From positions 19,826-83,825 of the forward strand of contig DATISY010000007.1 of the NCBI GenBank assembly GCA_035468285.1: a stretch of DNA of 64,000 nt, read 5' to 3'. Numbering within the stretch: position 1 is the first letter of the stretch; each line of letters starts with the position of its first letter. Source of the stretch: Acidimicrobiia bacterium (GTDB lineage: Bacteria > Actinomycetota > Acidimicrobiia > IMCC26256 > PALSA-555). The position numbers and the translations under genes were made by a program. Under the pieces are notes generated by a model. It did no database searches. It saw only the letters and a list, made by a program, of their open reading frames with translations, and was not told where the DNA came from. Positions 1 to 9,670 of this stretch are shown here, piece after piece.

Positions 1-1
1 C

Positions 2-505
2 GCCTATCGGGCGCTGCGGACACTCGCGGAGCTCGACCCCGCCGTCGAGACCGTCAGCGGTTACACCCGGTACCGCATCGAGGGGGACGTGGCGGGGGAC
101 AGCGCGACCGTGCATGTCGTCGACCGCGGCGGCGTCGCCGCGTCCCTGGTGTCACGGACGGAATCCGATCCGCGGCTGCGGGGCACGAAGCACCGGGTCG
201 CGAACCAGCGGGAAGTGACCGCTGTCCGGGGCCGGGCCGATGGGCGGACGATCGTGATCGTCCCCGAGGTGAAGAACAACCAGACCGTGGGGCTCACCCT
301 CCTGCACGTCCAGTTCGCCGACCACCTGCCGGCCGAGGCGATGCGGGCAGTGCTGCAGGGGTACCAGGGGCGCTACGGCGCGTTGAAGGACGCTGTCACC
401 GAGACAGAACCGACCTTCGACGACCGTGTACTCGGCACCGTCCCAGTCGTTGATCTGCTCACCGAGCCGGTCTACGTCCTCGCCGAGCGCTGGCGCCGCG
501 GGTGA
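2..505 (+). CDS. Hypothetical protein, C-terminal part (the ORF is open to the window start, so it is 5'-truncated)
   Basis: The frame of the 89..505 ORF stays open back to nt 2. GC3-rich codon usage. Its stop overlaps the acpS start. No family recognised. Confidence 0.4.
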   Translation, partial: AYRALRTLAELDPAVETVSGYTRYRIEGDVAGDSATVHVVDRGGVAASLVSRTESDPRLRGTKHRVANQREVTAVRGRADGRTIVIVPEVKNNQTVGLTLLHVQFADHLPAEAMRAVLQGYQGRYGALKDAVTETEPTFDDRVLGTVPVVDLLTEPVYVLAERWRRG

Positions 506-936
506 GCGAGCCCGCGCCAGGCCGGGTTCCGACCGACACGGCCATGCTGAACGTCACGCTGCACATCCTCGGGCTCGGCACGGACCTGGTCGAGATCCCC
601 CGCTTCCGTCTCGCGAGGGAACGACGGGGTCAACGCCTCGACGAACGCCTCTTCAGCGACGACGAGCGCGCCTACGCCTACCGCCAGAAAGACCCGACCA
701 AGAGCCTCGCGGCCCGGTTCGGGGCGAAGGAGGCCGTCATGAAGGCGATGGGTGTCGGTCTCTGGAAGTTCAAGCTGCGCGACGTCGAGGTCGTCCGCCA
801 GCGGGGCGGCGCCCCCCGCGTCGCGCTCCATGGGCGCGCCCAGGAGCTCGCCGACGAGCGCGGGGTCCGGGCCTGGCACCTCTCGCTCACCCACACCGAA
901 CAGATGGCCCTCGCGGTGGCCATCGCTGTCGGGTAA
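502..936 (+). CDS. acpS: Holo-[acyl-carrier-protein] synthase (4'-phosphopantetheinyl transferase)
   Basis: Motifs LGLGTDLVEIPRF, ARFGAKEAVMKAMG and HLSLTHT are typical of AcpS. The size fits. The start may instead be ATG 544. Confidence 0.85.
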   Translation: MSEPAPGRVPTDTAMLNVTLHILGLGTDLVEIPRFRLARERRGQRLDERLFSDDERAYAYRQKDPTKSLAARFGAKEAVMKAMGVGLWKFKLRDVEVVRQRGGAPRVALHGRAQELADERGVRAWHLSLTHTEQMALAVAIAVG

Positions 937-945
937 CCGACCCCC

Positions 946-2406
946 ATGGAACCCGTCGCCACACCGTCGGAGATGGCGGCCGCGGACCGGCGCACCATCG
1001 CCGCCGGAACCCCGGTCGAAACGCTGATGGACCGCGCCGGCCGGTCGGTGGCGTGGGCGGTGCGCCGCCGGTTCGACGGCGCGTACGGGCGCCGGGCCGT
1101 CGTGGTCTGCGGAAAGGGCAACAACGGCGGCGACGGGCTCATCGCCGCCCGCGTCCTCGCCGGATGGGGAGTCCGCGTCGACGTCGTGCGGCTCAACGAT
1201 CCGCCCGATGCGTCCGAGCTCGACCGGATGATCGCTCGAGCCGACGTCCTCGTCGACGCCATGTACGGGACGGGATTCAGCGGCGCGCTCGACGGTCCCG
1301 CCGCGGCGATCGCGGCCCGCACCCCCGACCTGCCGACCGTGGCGGTGGACATCCCGTCCGGGGTCGACGGGCAGACCGGCGCGACGACCGGCCCGGCCGT
1401 GGACGCGGTCGCCACCGTCACGTTCGCGGCCCGCAAACCCGGCCTCCTCTTCGAGCCGGGACGCTCTCATGCCGGCTCGGTGCACGTGGCCGACATCGGG
1501 ATCGACCCCGGGCCCGTGACGCTCGGTCTCACCGACGCTCGCGACATCCGAGCGTGGCTGCTCGAGCACCGCCGCCCCCCGGAGACCAACAAGTGGCAGG
1601 CCGGCGTCCTCGTCGTCGGTGGATCCGGCGGGATGACTGGCGCTCCGCACCTCGTCAGCGGAGCCGCGCTGCGCGCCGGCGCCGGGATCGTCTGGTGCGG
1701 GGTTCCCGGCCATGACGCGGCGGCCCGCGCCGGCGGCGCCGAGATCATCACCAAGGCGCTGCCCGCCACCGCCGACGAGGCCCTCGCGGGTCTCGGTGAC
1801 CTGCTGTCGAGCGTCGAGCGGTTCCGTGCCGTTGCTGTGGGGCCCGGCCTCGGGACGGCCGAACCCACCCGGGCCGCGGTCCGCGAGCTCGTCGCAACGG
1901 CCACGCGACCCCTCGTGCTGGACGCCGACGGGCTGAACGCCTTCGCCGGGGAGGCCGCCACCCTTCGGGAGCGTCCCGGTCCCACCGTCCTGACGCCCCA
2001 CGACGGCGAATACGCGCGACTCGCGGGGGAGCCCGTCGGTGCCGACCGGGTCGACTCGGCGCGGCGTCTCGCCGCGGTCACCGGCGCCGTCGTTCTCTTG
2101 AAAGGTCCGACGACCGTGATCGCCGAACCGGACGGACGGGCGTTCCTGAACCTCGCCGGCGGACCCGAGCTCGCCACGGCCGGCAGCGGCGACGTCCTCA
2201 CCGGGATCATCGCCGGGCTGCTCGCCCGGGGGTTCCCGGCGGTCACCGCCGCCGCCGCGGGGGCGTTCATCCACGGTCGCGCCGGGGACCGCTCCGGGCA
2301 TACTGGGCTGATCGCCAGTGACCTGATCGCGGCTCTGCCGCGCACGCTCACCGACCTGACCACCACCCCCGGGAGCAGGAATGCCCACGTCCACCCCCGT
2401 CCGTGA
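946..2406 (+). CDS. nnr: Bifunctional NAD(P)H-hydrate repair enzyme (epimerase / ADP-dependent dehydratase)
   Basis: N-terminal YjeF_N motif CGKGNNGGDG. C-terminal carbohydrate-kinase-like part (VLDADGL, GSGDVLTGII). 486 aa. Confidence 0.85.
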   Translation: MEPVATPSEMAAADRRTIAAGTPVETLMDRAGRSVAWAVRRRFDGAYGRRAVVVCGKGNNGGDGLIAARVLAGWGVRVDVVRLNDPPDASELDRMIARADVLVDAMYGTGFSGALDGPAAAIAARTPDLPTVAVDIPSGVDGQTGATTGPAVDAVATVTFAARKPGLLFEPGRSHAGSVHVADIGIDPGPVTLGLTDARDIRAWLLEHRRPPETNKWQAGVLVVGGSGGMTGAPHLVSGAALRAGAGIVWCGVPGHDAAARAGGAEIITKALPATADEALAGLGDLLSSVERFRAVAVGPGLGTAEPTRAAVRELVATATRPLVLDADGLNAFAGEAATLRERPGPTVLTPHDGEYARLAGEPVGADRVDSARRLAAVTGAVVLLKGPTTVIAEPDGRAFLNLAGGPELATAGSGDVLTGIIAGLLARGFPAVTAAAAGAFIHGRAGDRSGHTGLIASDLIAALPRTLTDLTTTPGSRNAHVHPRP

Positions 2407-2848
2407 CGTCATGACCAAGAAGGTGGTGACGATCGCCCCGGACCAGACGTTCGAGGCCGCCGCGGACCTGTTGGCCGCCAACGGGATCGGCGCCGCGCCC
2501 GTCGTCGACGGCGACCGCCTCGTCGGCATGCTCCGCGACGAGGACCTGATCGTCTCCGAAGCCAACCTGCACGCCCCCACCTGGTTCAACTTCCTCGGGG
2601 CAGAGTTCCCGTTCCCCGGACAAGCCAAGCGGTTCGAGAGCGAGCTGCGACGCATGGTCGCCTCGACAGTGCAGGACCTCATGACCACCGACTTCGAGTC
2701 CGCCGGACCCGACGACACGCTCGGCGACGTCGCCGCCAAGATGCACGACCGCGATGTCACCCACGTGCCGGTCATCGACGCCGACCACCACCTGGTTGGG
2801 ATCATCGCCCGGGGCGACCTGGTGCGGCGAGTCGCCGCGGAGACGTGA
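2381..2848 (+). CDS. CBS domain-containing protein
   Basis: Two CBS-like repeats (VRDVMTKKVVTI...GIGAAPVVD and VQDLMTTDF...THVPVID...GIIARGDL). Overlaps the nnr end and the alr start. Confidence 0.75.
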   Translation: MPTSTPVRDVMTKKVVTIAPDQTFEAAADLLAANGIGAAPVVDGDRLVGMLRDEDLIVSEANLHAPTWFNFLGAEFPFPGQAKRFESELRRMVASTVQDLMTTDFESAGPDDTLGDVAAKMHDRDVTHVPVIDADHHLVGIIARGDLVRRVAAET

Positions 2849-3981
2849 CCGACGACTCGCCGCACTTCCGACCCGCCTGGGGTGAGGTCGACCTCGGCGC
2901 GGTGCGGTCCAATGCCCGCATCCTCGCCGCGCGAGCCGCCCCCGCGGCACTGCTCGCTGTCGTCAAAGCCGATGGCTACGGCCACGGCGCAGTGCCAGTG
3001 GCACGCGCCGCGCTCGACGCCGGCGCGACATGGCTCGGGGTCGCCCTCGTCGAGGAAGGCGCCGCCCTGCGGGCCGCGGGGATCGACGCGCCGGTGCTTG
3101 TCTTGTCCGAGCCACCTCCCGACGCGGCCCACGCCGTCGTGTCGGACACGCTCACCCCGGTCGTCTACACCGAAGCTGGCATCGAGGCGTTGGCCAAGGC
3201 GGTCGCGGACGTCAACCCCGACGATGCCCTGCGGGTTCACCTGAAGGTCGACACCGGCATGCACCGCGTCGGCTGTGCACCGGACGCGGCCGGGACCTTC
3301 GTGGAAGCGATCGACGGCCGACCCGAGCTCGTCCTCGACGGGATCTGCACCCACCTCGCCGTCGCCGACGAACCCGACCGTCCCGAGAGCCATGAGCAGC
3401 TCGACCAGTTCCGCCGGATCCTCCACGAGGTCGAGGTTGCCCGGGGTCGCCCCCGCCTCATCCACGCGGCCAACTCGGCGGCGCTGCTCGCCGTGCCGGA
3501 GGCCCGCTTCGACCTCGTGCGCGCCGGGATCGCCCTGTACGGCGTCGCGCCGTCGCCCACCCTCGCCGACCGGGCGTCGCTCACCCCGGCGCTGGCGCTG
3601 CACGCCCAGGTCACCTACGCAAAGAACCTCCCAGCGGGCAGCCGAATCTCCTACGGGCTGCGATACGAGCTCGGACACCCATCGCGTGTCGTGACCGTCC
3701 CTGTGGGATACGCCGACGGCGTTCCCCGGAACCTCGGGCTGCGTGGGGGCGAGGTCCTCATCGGCGGTCGACGCCACCCCATCGCGGGGACCGTCACGAT
3801 GGACCAGCTCATGGTCGACGTCGGTGACGCTCCCGTCGAGGTCGGCGACGACGTCGTGCTCCTCGGCCAGCAGGACGACGACGCGATCACCGCCGAGGAG
3901 TGGGCCGAGCGGCTCGACACGATCGCCTACGAGATCGTGACTGGCATCGGCCCCCGGGTCCCGAGGCGGTACGTCGGGTGA
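2845..3981 (+). CDS. alr: Alanine racemase
   Basis: PLP-lysine motif AVVKADGYGHG. C-terminal YGLRY...VPVGYADG...TVTMDQ pattern. 378 aa. Confidence 0.9.
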   Translation: MTDDSPHFRPAWGEVDLGAVRSNARILAARAAPAALLAVVKADGYGHGAVPVARAALDAGATWLGVALVEEGAALRAAGIDAPVLVLSEPPPDAAHAVVSDTLTPVVYTEAGIEALAKAVADVNPDDALRVHLKVDTGMHRVGCAPDAAGTFVEAIDGRPELVLDGICTHLAVADEPDRPESHEQLDQFRRILHEVEVARGRPRLIHAANSAALLAVPEARFDLVRAGIALYGVAPSPTLADRASLTPALALHAQVTYAKNLPAGSRISYGLRYELGHPSRVVTVPVGYADGVPRNLGLRGGEVLIGGRRHPIAGTVTMDQLMVDVGDAPVEVGDDVVLLGQQDDDAITAEEWAERLDTIAYEIVTGIGPRVPRRYVG

Positions 3982-4985
3982 GCGCGGCCCGTCGGACCCT
4001 CAAGACGCTCGGCGTCGCCGCCGGGGTCGCCGCCACCGCCGCCGGGACGGCGTACGTCGCGCAACGAGCCGCGCTCGCCGCGATCCGCCGCCGCCCCGAC
4101 CCCGACGCCGGCAACCTCGGGCAGCTCGAGTTCGACGACGTCCGCCGGTTCCCCAGCCACGACGGCGGGACCGTCTACACCGCGATCCGGGGCCACGGCC
4201 CCCCGATCCTCTTCTCCCACGGCGTCACCATCACCTCCCGGGTCTGGATCAAGCAGTTCCGGTCACTGCCTCCGCACGGCGTGCAGACCATCGCGTTCGA
4301 TCACCGCGGGCACGGCGAATCGACCCTCGGTGACACCGGCCACTCGATCGACAATCTGGCCGCCGACCTGCGGACCGTGCTCGAGACCCTCGATCTGCGG
4401 GACGCCATCCTCGTCGGCCACTCGATGGGCGGCGTCGCGGTGCAGGCATTCGCGCTCCGCCATCCCGACGTGCTCCACGAACGGGTGCGGGGCCTCGTGC
4501 TGGACTCCACGCTCGCCAAGACGAGCCTCTCCGCGTCCCGTCAGCTGCGTGGCCTCGCGGAGCGGGTCACCGGCGTGTTCGATCTGCGCAAAGTCATGGA
4601 CCACCCCAACCTCGGATCGATGTTCGCCCGCGTCGGGTTCGGCCGGGAGCCGCTCGCCAGCCATCTGGAGCTCAATCGCGAGATGCTCGCGAGCTGTGAC
4701 AGCACGACCGCCCGCGAGGCAACCACCGCACTCCTCTCACTCGATCTCACCGCCGAGCTGCCCCGCCTCGACATCCCCACCCTGGTCCTGGGTGGCACCG
4801 CGGATGTCATCACACCCCCGGCCGAATCGCGTCGCCTCGCCGAGCTGATCCCCGGAGCGCAGCTGCACCTGTTCGAGGGTGCCGGGCACATGCTCATGCT
4901 CGAGCGCAGCGACGCCTTCGACGACCTGCTGCTCGACTTCGCACGCGACCTCGGAGTGCTCCCGGCCGCGGCCGGCGCTGCATGA
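3978..4985 (+). CDS. Alpha/beta hydrolase with an N-terminal membrane anchor
   Basis: Nucleophile elbow GHSMGG and HGVT oxyanion region. In-frame GTG at 3978 overlaps the alr stop (GTGA). The track ORF start at 3900 lies inside alr. Confidence 0.7.
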   Translation: MSAARRTLKTLGVAAGVAATAAGTAYVAQRAALAAIRRRPDPDAGNLGQLEFDDVRRFPSHDGGTVYTAIRGHGPPILFSHGVTITSRVWIKQFRSLPPHGVQTIAFDHRGHGESTLGDTGHSIDNLAADLRTVLETLDLRDAILVGHSMGGVAVQAFALRHPDVLHERVRGLVLDSTLAKTSLSASRQLRGLAERVTGVFDLRKVMDHPNLGSMFARVGFGREPLASHLELNREMLASCDSTTAREATTALLSLDLTAELPRLDIPTLVLGGTADVITPPAESRRLAELIPGAQLHLFEGAGHMLMLERSDAFDDLLLDFARDLGVLPAAAGAA

Positions 4986-5884
4986 CCGGGTCCATCACCG
5001 ACGTGCCCGGCCTCCGAGCCGGTCACCAGACCCGGGGCGCCACCGGCGTCACCGTCGTCCTCGCACCCCGCGGCACCATCGGTTCCGGGGAGCTCCGCGG
5101 CGGGGCCCCCGCGACCCGGGAGCTGGCGCTCCTGGAGCCGGGCCGGACCGTCGAGCACGTCGACGCCGTCGTGTTCACCGGCGGGTCGGCGTTCGGGCTC
5201 GCGGTCGCCGACGGCGTTGTCGACTGGCTCGCCGAGCAGGGGCGTGGCTACCCGACGCGCGGCGGTCCCGTCCCGATCGTCCCCACCGCAGCGATCTATG
5301 ACCTCGTCGAATCTGGCGGGACCCATCCTGGGCCGGCCGACGGCCGCGCCGCCGCCGAGGCCGCCGACGCCAGCGTGCTCGTCACCGGCCGGGTCGGTGC
5401 CGGCGCCGGCGCGACCGTCGGCAAGTGGCGCGGCGCCGACTACGCCGTCCCCGGTGGACTCGGCTCGGCCAGCACGACGGTCGGCGATGCGACCGTCGGG
5501 GCGCTGGCTGTCGTCAACGCCCTCGGTGATGTCCACGACGCCGCCGGGAACCTCCTCGCGGGGTCGAGCGCCCCAGCGGACGCCGAGTCGTTCCCCGACG
5601 TGACGCCGTTCGAGGGGTCCCCGGACCCGAACACGACACTGGTCGTCGTCGCCACCGACGCCCGTTGCTCCAAGGCGGACTGCTGGCTGCTGGCCCAGAG
5701 CGCCCAGCACGGGATCGCCCGGGCGGTGCATCCCGCCCACACCCGCCACGACGGTGATCTCGCGATTGCGCTCGCGACCGGTGCCGTGGAAGCCCACCTC
5801 GACCGGCTGCGGGTGGCGGCCACCGACGTCGTCGCGGCGGCGGTGCGCGACGCCGTCATGGCAAGGGATGATGGGTCCCGATGA
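4982..5884 (+). CDS. P1/S58 family peptidase (DmpA / L-aminopeptidase-like)
   Basis: [13 protein letters not shown]...GVTVVL N-terminus and GLGSAS / [11 protein letters not shown] motifs are typical of the DmpA/Ntn S58 family. Confidence 0.75.
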   Translation: MTGSITDVPGLRAGHQTRGATGVTVVLAPRGTIGSGELRGGAPATRELALLEPGRTVEHVDAVVFTGGSAFGLAVADGVVDWLAEQGRGYPTRGGPVPIVPTAAIYDLVESGGTHPGPADGRAAAEAADASVLVTGRVGAGAGATVGKWRGADYAVPGGLGSASTTVGDATVGALAVVNALGDVHDAAGNLLAGSSAPADAESFPDVTPFEGSPDPNTTLVVVATDARCSKADCWLLAQSAQHGIARAVHPAHTRHDGDLAIALATGAVEAHLDRLRVAATDVVAAAVRDAVMARDDGSR

Positions 5885-6477
5885 GCACGCTCGAGGTGTC
5901 GCCCGGATGGCCGTCCTTCGACGCGCTCGCCGCCGCGGCCGGAGCCTGCACCAAGTGTCCGCTGGCCCGGACCCGCACCCAGGTGGTGTTCGGGGTGGGG
6001 AGCCCCCACGCTGACCTGGTGTTCGTGGGGGAAGGCCCCGGCGCCGAAGAGGACCGCCAGGGGATCCCGTTCGTCGGCCGGGCCGGTCAGCTCCTCACCC
6101 GGCTCATCGAGGGGATCGGGCTCACCCGTGACGACGTGTACATCTGCAACGTCGTGAAGTGCCGCCCGCCGGGGAACCGGGATCCGCTCCCGGTCGAGAT
6201 CGAAACGTGCCGCCCGTACCTCGAAGCGCAGTTGGACTTCCTCGCGCCGACCGTCGTGGTCACGCTCGGGAACTTCGCCACCCGGCTGCTGCTCGGCACC
6301 AAGGAGGGGATCACCAAGCTGCGCGGCAAGGAGTTTCCGTACCGTGACGGCGAGGCGATCCTGATCCCGACCTTGCACCCGTCCGCGGTCCTGCGCAATG
6401 GCGGCACTGCGCTGGCGCAGGCCCGCGCGGACTTCGTGCTCGTCAAGCGCGCCGTGGCCCGCGCCCAGCCCGCGTGA
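5881..6477 (+). CDS. Uracil-DNA glycosylase, family 4
   Basis: CxxC plus VFGVG...[26 protein letters not shown] and HPSAVLRN motifs. Confidence 0.85.
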   Translation: MSTLEVSPGWPSFDALAAAAGACTKCPLARTRTQVVFGVGSPHADLVFVGEGPGAEEDRQGIPFVGRAGQLLTRLIEGIGLTRDDVYICNVVKCRPPGNRDPLPVEIETCRPYLEAQLDFLAPTVVVTLGNFATRLLLGTKEGITKLRGKEFPYRDGEAILIPTLHPSAVLRNGGTALAQARADFVLVKRAVARAQPA

Positions 6478-6965
6478 GTGACGTCACCGTCGTGGCCGGG
6501 ACGGCGGACGCGACCCGCACGGTCGGTCGTTGCCTCGCCCCGCTGCTGCGCGTCGGCGACGTCGTCGTCGTCGCCGGTGGGCTCGGCGCCGGGAAGACGA
6601 CGTTCACGCAGGGCCTGGCCACCGGGCTCGGCGTCACCGACAGCGTCGTCAGCCCGACCTTCACCCTCGCCCGCGAGTACGAGGGCCGACTCCGGCTGGT
6701 CCACGTCGACCTGTACCGCCTCGACCGGGCCCAAGAGGTCCTCGACCTCGGCCTCGAAGACCTGGCCGACGACGCGGTCCTCGTCGTCGAGTGGGGCGAC
6801 GTGGCCGCGGCGTACCTGAACCCCGAGCATCTCGAGGTGCGCCTGACCCCGGCGGTCGGCACCGAGGCGGCCGCAGACGAGCAGCGGATGATCGCGATCA
6901 CCTGCCATGGCCGGTCCTGGATGCCCCGCGCGGACGCGCTGGCCGCTGCCGTCGGAGGGACGTGA
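6474..6965 (+). CDS. tsaE: tRNA t6A biosynthesis ATPase TsaE
   Basis: Walker A GGLGAGKTTFTQG, SPTFTL and HVDLYRL motifs. Confidence 0.85.
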   Translation: MSDVTVVAGTADATRTVGRCLAPLLRVGDVVVVAGGLGAGKTTFTQGLATGLGVTDSVVSPTFTLAREYEGRLRLVHVDLYRLDRAQEVLDLGLEDLADDAVLVVEWGDVAAAYLNPEHLEVRLTPAVGTEAAADEQRMIAITCHGRSWMPRADALAAAVGGT

Positions 6966-7657
6966 TGCTCCTGCTCGCCATCGACACGTCCACCCCCCGC
7001 GTGGCGGTCGCGATCGGCGAATTGGGCCGGGTTCGCGGCGAGGTCGCCCTGTCCGGCCGGCGACGCCACGCCGAGCAGCTCGCCCCGGCCATCGCGTACC
7101 TCTGCGAGCAGACCCAGGTCGAGCTCGGCCAGCTCGCCGCCGTCGCCGTCGGCGTCGGGCCGGGCCTGTTCACCGGTCTCCGGGTCGGCGTGACGACCGC
7201 CAAGATCATGGCCCAAGCGCTGCGAATCCCCGTCGTGCCGGTCCCGAGCCTGGACCTCGTCGCGTACCCGTTGCGGCACAGCTCCCGGCTCGTCGCGGTG
7301 GTGCTCGACGCCCGCCGCCGCGAGGTCTACTCCGCGCAGTACCGACCGGTGCCGGGCGGTGTCCAGCGGACATCCGAGTACGCCGTCGGCCCCGCCGACG
7401 ACCTCGTCGCGGACCTCGCCGTCCGAGGCGAGGAAGTCCTGCTCGCCGGGGACGGGATCGACCGCAACCGAGACGCGTTTGCCACCCTCGACCGTGCCGA
7501 GGAAGCCGGAGCCGCCTTCGACGCGCCGAGCGCCACCGCGCTCGTCGAGCTGGCGAGCGGCCGTGTCGAGCGTGAGGAGTTCGAATCGCCCTACGACGTC
7601 CGGCCGCTGTACCTGCGGGCCAGCGACGCGGAGCTGGCCTGGGAGCAGGCCCGGTGA
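6965..7657 (+). CDS. tsaB: tRNA t6A biosynthesis protein TsaB
   Basis: MLLLAIDTSTP start and GVGPGLFTGLRVG motif. The ATG at 6965 abuts the tsaE stop. The upstream part of track ORF 6530..7657 is Arg-rich and lies inside tsaE. Confidence 0.8.
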   Translation: MLLLAIDTSTPRVAVAIGELGRVRGEVALSGRRRHAEQLAPAIAYLCEQTQVELGQLAAVAVGVGPGLFTGLRVGVTTAKIMAQALRIPVVPVPSLDLVAYPLRHSSRLVAVVLDARRREVYSAQYRPVPGGVQRTSEYAVGPADDLVADLAVRGEEVLLAGDGIDRNRDAFATLDRAEEAGAAFDAPSATALVELASGRVEREEFESPYDVRPLYLRASDAELAWEQAR

Positions 7658-8199
7658 CGGTCACCGCGCCGCTGACGGTCTACGTCGTGCCGATGCGGCG
7701 CCGGCACCTGCGCTCTGTGCTGCGCATCGAGGCACTCGTCTACCCCCGCCCGTGGAGCCACTCGCTGTTCCTGTCCGAGCTCGCGTTGCGAGGCTCGCGT
7801 GCATACTTCGTCGCGCGCGTGGGACGCGACGTCGTGGGCTATGGGGGGATCATGATCAACGGCGACGACGCCCACATCACCACCATCGCGGTGGACCCTG
7901 TCCACCACCGCCGCCAGATCGGCACCCGGTTGCTCCTCGTCCTCGTGCGTGAGGCGCTGGCGCGCGGCGCCCGGCACCTCACGCTCGAGGTTCGCCTCTC
8001 GAACCACGCGGCCCAGGACCTGTACCGCCGGTTCGGGTTCGGACCGGTCGGGGTCCGCAAGAACTACTACCAAGAGACCCACGAGGATGCGCTGGTCATG
8101 TGGGTCCACGAGATCGACAGCAGCGAGTACGGCGCGCTCCTCGCGGCGCTCGAGCGTGGCATTGCCGGCGACACGCTCTACGACGAGCGCCGGTGGTGA
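7654..8199 (+). CDS. rimI: Ribosomal-protein-alanine N-acetyltransferase (GNAT)
   Basis: GNAT motifs (ITTIAVDPVHHRRQIGTRLL, LEVRLSNHAAQDLYRRFGF). Lies in the conserved position between tsaB and tsaD. Confidence 0.8.
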   Translation: MTVTAPLTVYVVPMRRRHLRSVLRIEALVYPRPWSHSLFLSELALRGSRAYFVARVGRDVVGYGGIMINGDDAHITTIAVDPVHHRRQIGTRLLLVLVREALARGARHLTLEVRLSNHAAQDLYRRFGFGPVGVRKNYYQETHEDALVMWVHEIDSSEYGALLAALERGIAGDTLYDERRW

Positions 8200-8207
8200 C
8201 GACGGGG

Positions 8208-9209
8208 GTGTCCGCTCCGATCTTGGGGATCGAGACGTCGTGTGACGAGACCGCGGCGGCGGTCGTCGCCGAGGGCCGCGTCGTCCAGTCCTCGATCGTG
8301 TCGAGCCAGGTCGACCTCCACGCCCGGTTCGGGGGTGTCGTCCCGGAGATCGCCAGCCGGGCGCACGTCGACCTCATCGGCCCGGTGATCGCCGAGGCGC
8401 TCGGCGAGGCCACGGTGGACCTCGACGGGCTCGGCGCCATCGCTGCGTGCCGCGGCCCGGGACTCGCCGGCGCCCTGCTCGTCGGCGTCAGCGCGGCCAA
8501 GGCCCTCGCCCTCGTCACCGGGTTGCCGTACGTCGCGGTGAACCACCTCGAAGCGCATCTGTACGCCGCGTGGCTCGAGGAGCCCGACCTCGAGCCGCCC
8601 CTCGCGGTGCTCGTCGTCTCCGGGGGGCACACCCTGGTCGTGATCATGGAGCGCCACGGCCAATACCGGGTCGTGGGCCAGACGGTGGACGACGCCGCCG
8701 GCGAGGCGTTCGACAAGGTCGCCCGGCACCTCGGGCTCGGCTACCCGGGCGGTCCCGCCATCGACGGCCTCTCGACCCACGGCGACCCCGAGGCGATCCG
8801 ATTCCCGCGTGCCATGCGGGGGGAGCCCGACCTCTCGTTCGCGGGACTCAAGACCGCCGTGGTCACCCACCTGCGCCGGCACCCCGACGCGCCCGTCGCC
8901 GACGTCGCGGCCTCGTTCCAGGCTGCCGTCGTGGACCAGCTCGCCGACAAGCTCCTCGCCGCCGCCGACGACGCCGGTGCCTCGACACTGGTCCTGGGGG
9001 GCGGGGTCGCAGCCAACTCGGCGCTGCGGGCCCGGGTGGCCTCCCGCGCGGCCGACACCGGACGGCGGGCGTTCCTGCCCCCACCGGTGCTCTGCACCGA
9101 CAACGCGGCCATGATCGCCGCGGCGGCCTGGTGGCGGCTCGACGCCGACGGCCCGACGCCGCTCGACGACGGGGTGGACCCGACCCTCGGGCTCCCCTCG
9201 ATCAGCTGA
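8208..9209 (+). CDS. tsaD: tRNA N6-adenosine threonylcarbamoyltransferase TsaD
   Basis: [24 protein letters not shown] and VSGGHT motifs. In-frame GTG starts at 8193, 8196 and 8208, and the first two overlap the rimI stop. The track start at 8100 is inside rimI. Confidence 0.9.
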   Translation: MSAPILGIETSCDETAAAVVAEGRVVQSSIVSSQVDLHARFGGVVPEIASRAHVDLIGPVIAEALGEATVDLDGLGAIAACRGPGLAGALLVGVSAAKALALVTGLPYVAVNHLEAHLYAAWLEEPDLEPPLAVLVVSGGHTLVVIMERHGQYRVVGQTVDDAAGEAFDKVARHLGLGYPGGPAIDGLSTHGDPEAIRFPRAMRGEPDLSFAGLKTAVVTHLRRHPDAPVADVAASFQAAVVDQLADKLLAAADDAGASTLVLGGGVAANSALRARVASRAADTGRRAFLPPPVLCTDNAAMIAAAAWWRLDADGPTPLDDGVDPTLGLPSIS

Positions 9210-9257
9210 TCCCGGACGCGGGCTTGCTGGCCTCCGCCGGGCACGGTATGTTGATCG

Positions 9258-9284
9258 CTGGCACTCCTACCCGCCGAGTGCTAA
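9258..9284 (+). promoter_or_regulatory. CIRCE operator (HrcA binding site) upstream of groES
   Basis: The sequence ctggcactc-N9-gagtgctaa compares with consensus TTAGCACTC-N9-GAGTGCTAA. The right arm matches 9/9, the left arm 7/9, and the spacer is exactly 9 nt. It lies about 40 nt upstream of the groES ATG in a locally AT-richer patch. Confidence 0.75.
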
Positions 9285-9322
9285 TTGCCGCAGACGTTTC
9301 GACGCCCCAGGAGGCGCTCCCC

Positions 9323-9616
9323 ATGAAGTTGCAGCCGCTCGAGGACCGCATTGTCGTCCGGTCGAACGAGCCCGAAGAGACCACGGTCAGCGGGCTCGTC
9401 ATTCCGGACACCGCCAAGGAGAAGCCCCAACAGGGCGAAGTGCTCGCCGTCGGTCCCGGCCGGCGCTCCGAGCAGACCGGCGAGATCGTCCCCCTCGACC
9501 TGAAGGTCGGTGACACCGTCGTCTACTCGAAGTACGGCGGGACCGAGATCACCGTCGACGGTGAGGACCTGCTCATCCTGACCAGCCGCGACGTCCTCGC
9601 GAAGGTCCAGAAGTAG
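9323..9616 (+). CDS. groES: Co-chaperonin GroES
   Basis: [12 protein letters not shown]...[24 protein letters not shown]...KYGGTE. AGGAGG ribosome-binding site 10 nt upstream. 97 aa. Confidence 0.95.
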   Translation: MKLQPLEDRIVVRSNEPEETTVSGLVIPDTAKEKPQQGEVLAVGPGRRSEQTGEIVPLDLKVGDTVVYSKYGGTEITVDGEDLLILTSRDVLAKVQK

Positions 9617-9636
9617 CTCCCGCCACTCGTTACGTC

Positions 9637-9664
9637 GCGACCCCCGGCTGAGCCGGGGGGTCGC
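9637..9664. terminator. GC-rich hairpin between convergent groES and the acyl-CoA synthetase gene (putative bidirectional terminator)
   Basis: gcgacccccggc-tga-gccggggggtcgc forms a 12-bp stem with one bulge. It lies between the stop codons at 9616 and 9671. Confidence 0.6.
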
Positions 9665-9670
9665 GGCGCG

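Noticed and set aside
472-3777. A 1101-aa minus-strand ORF. Similar long ORFs occur at 426..1715(+), 17239..19719(-), 27056..28426(-), 40727..42223(-), 41038..42594(+), 45273..47282(-) and 47701..49317(+).
   Set aside because: These are extremely Arg/Gly/Pro/Asp-rich with no recognisable motifs. They lie antisense or off-frame to genes with strong family signatures and proper GC3 bias. This is the typical open-frame artefact of very GC-rich DNA.
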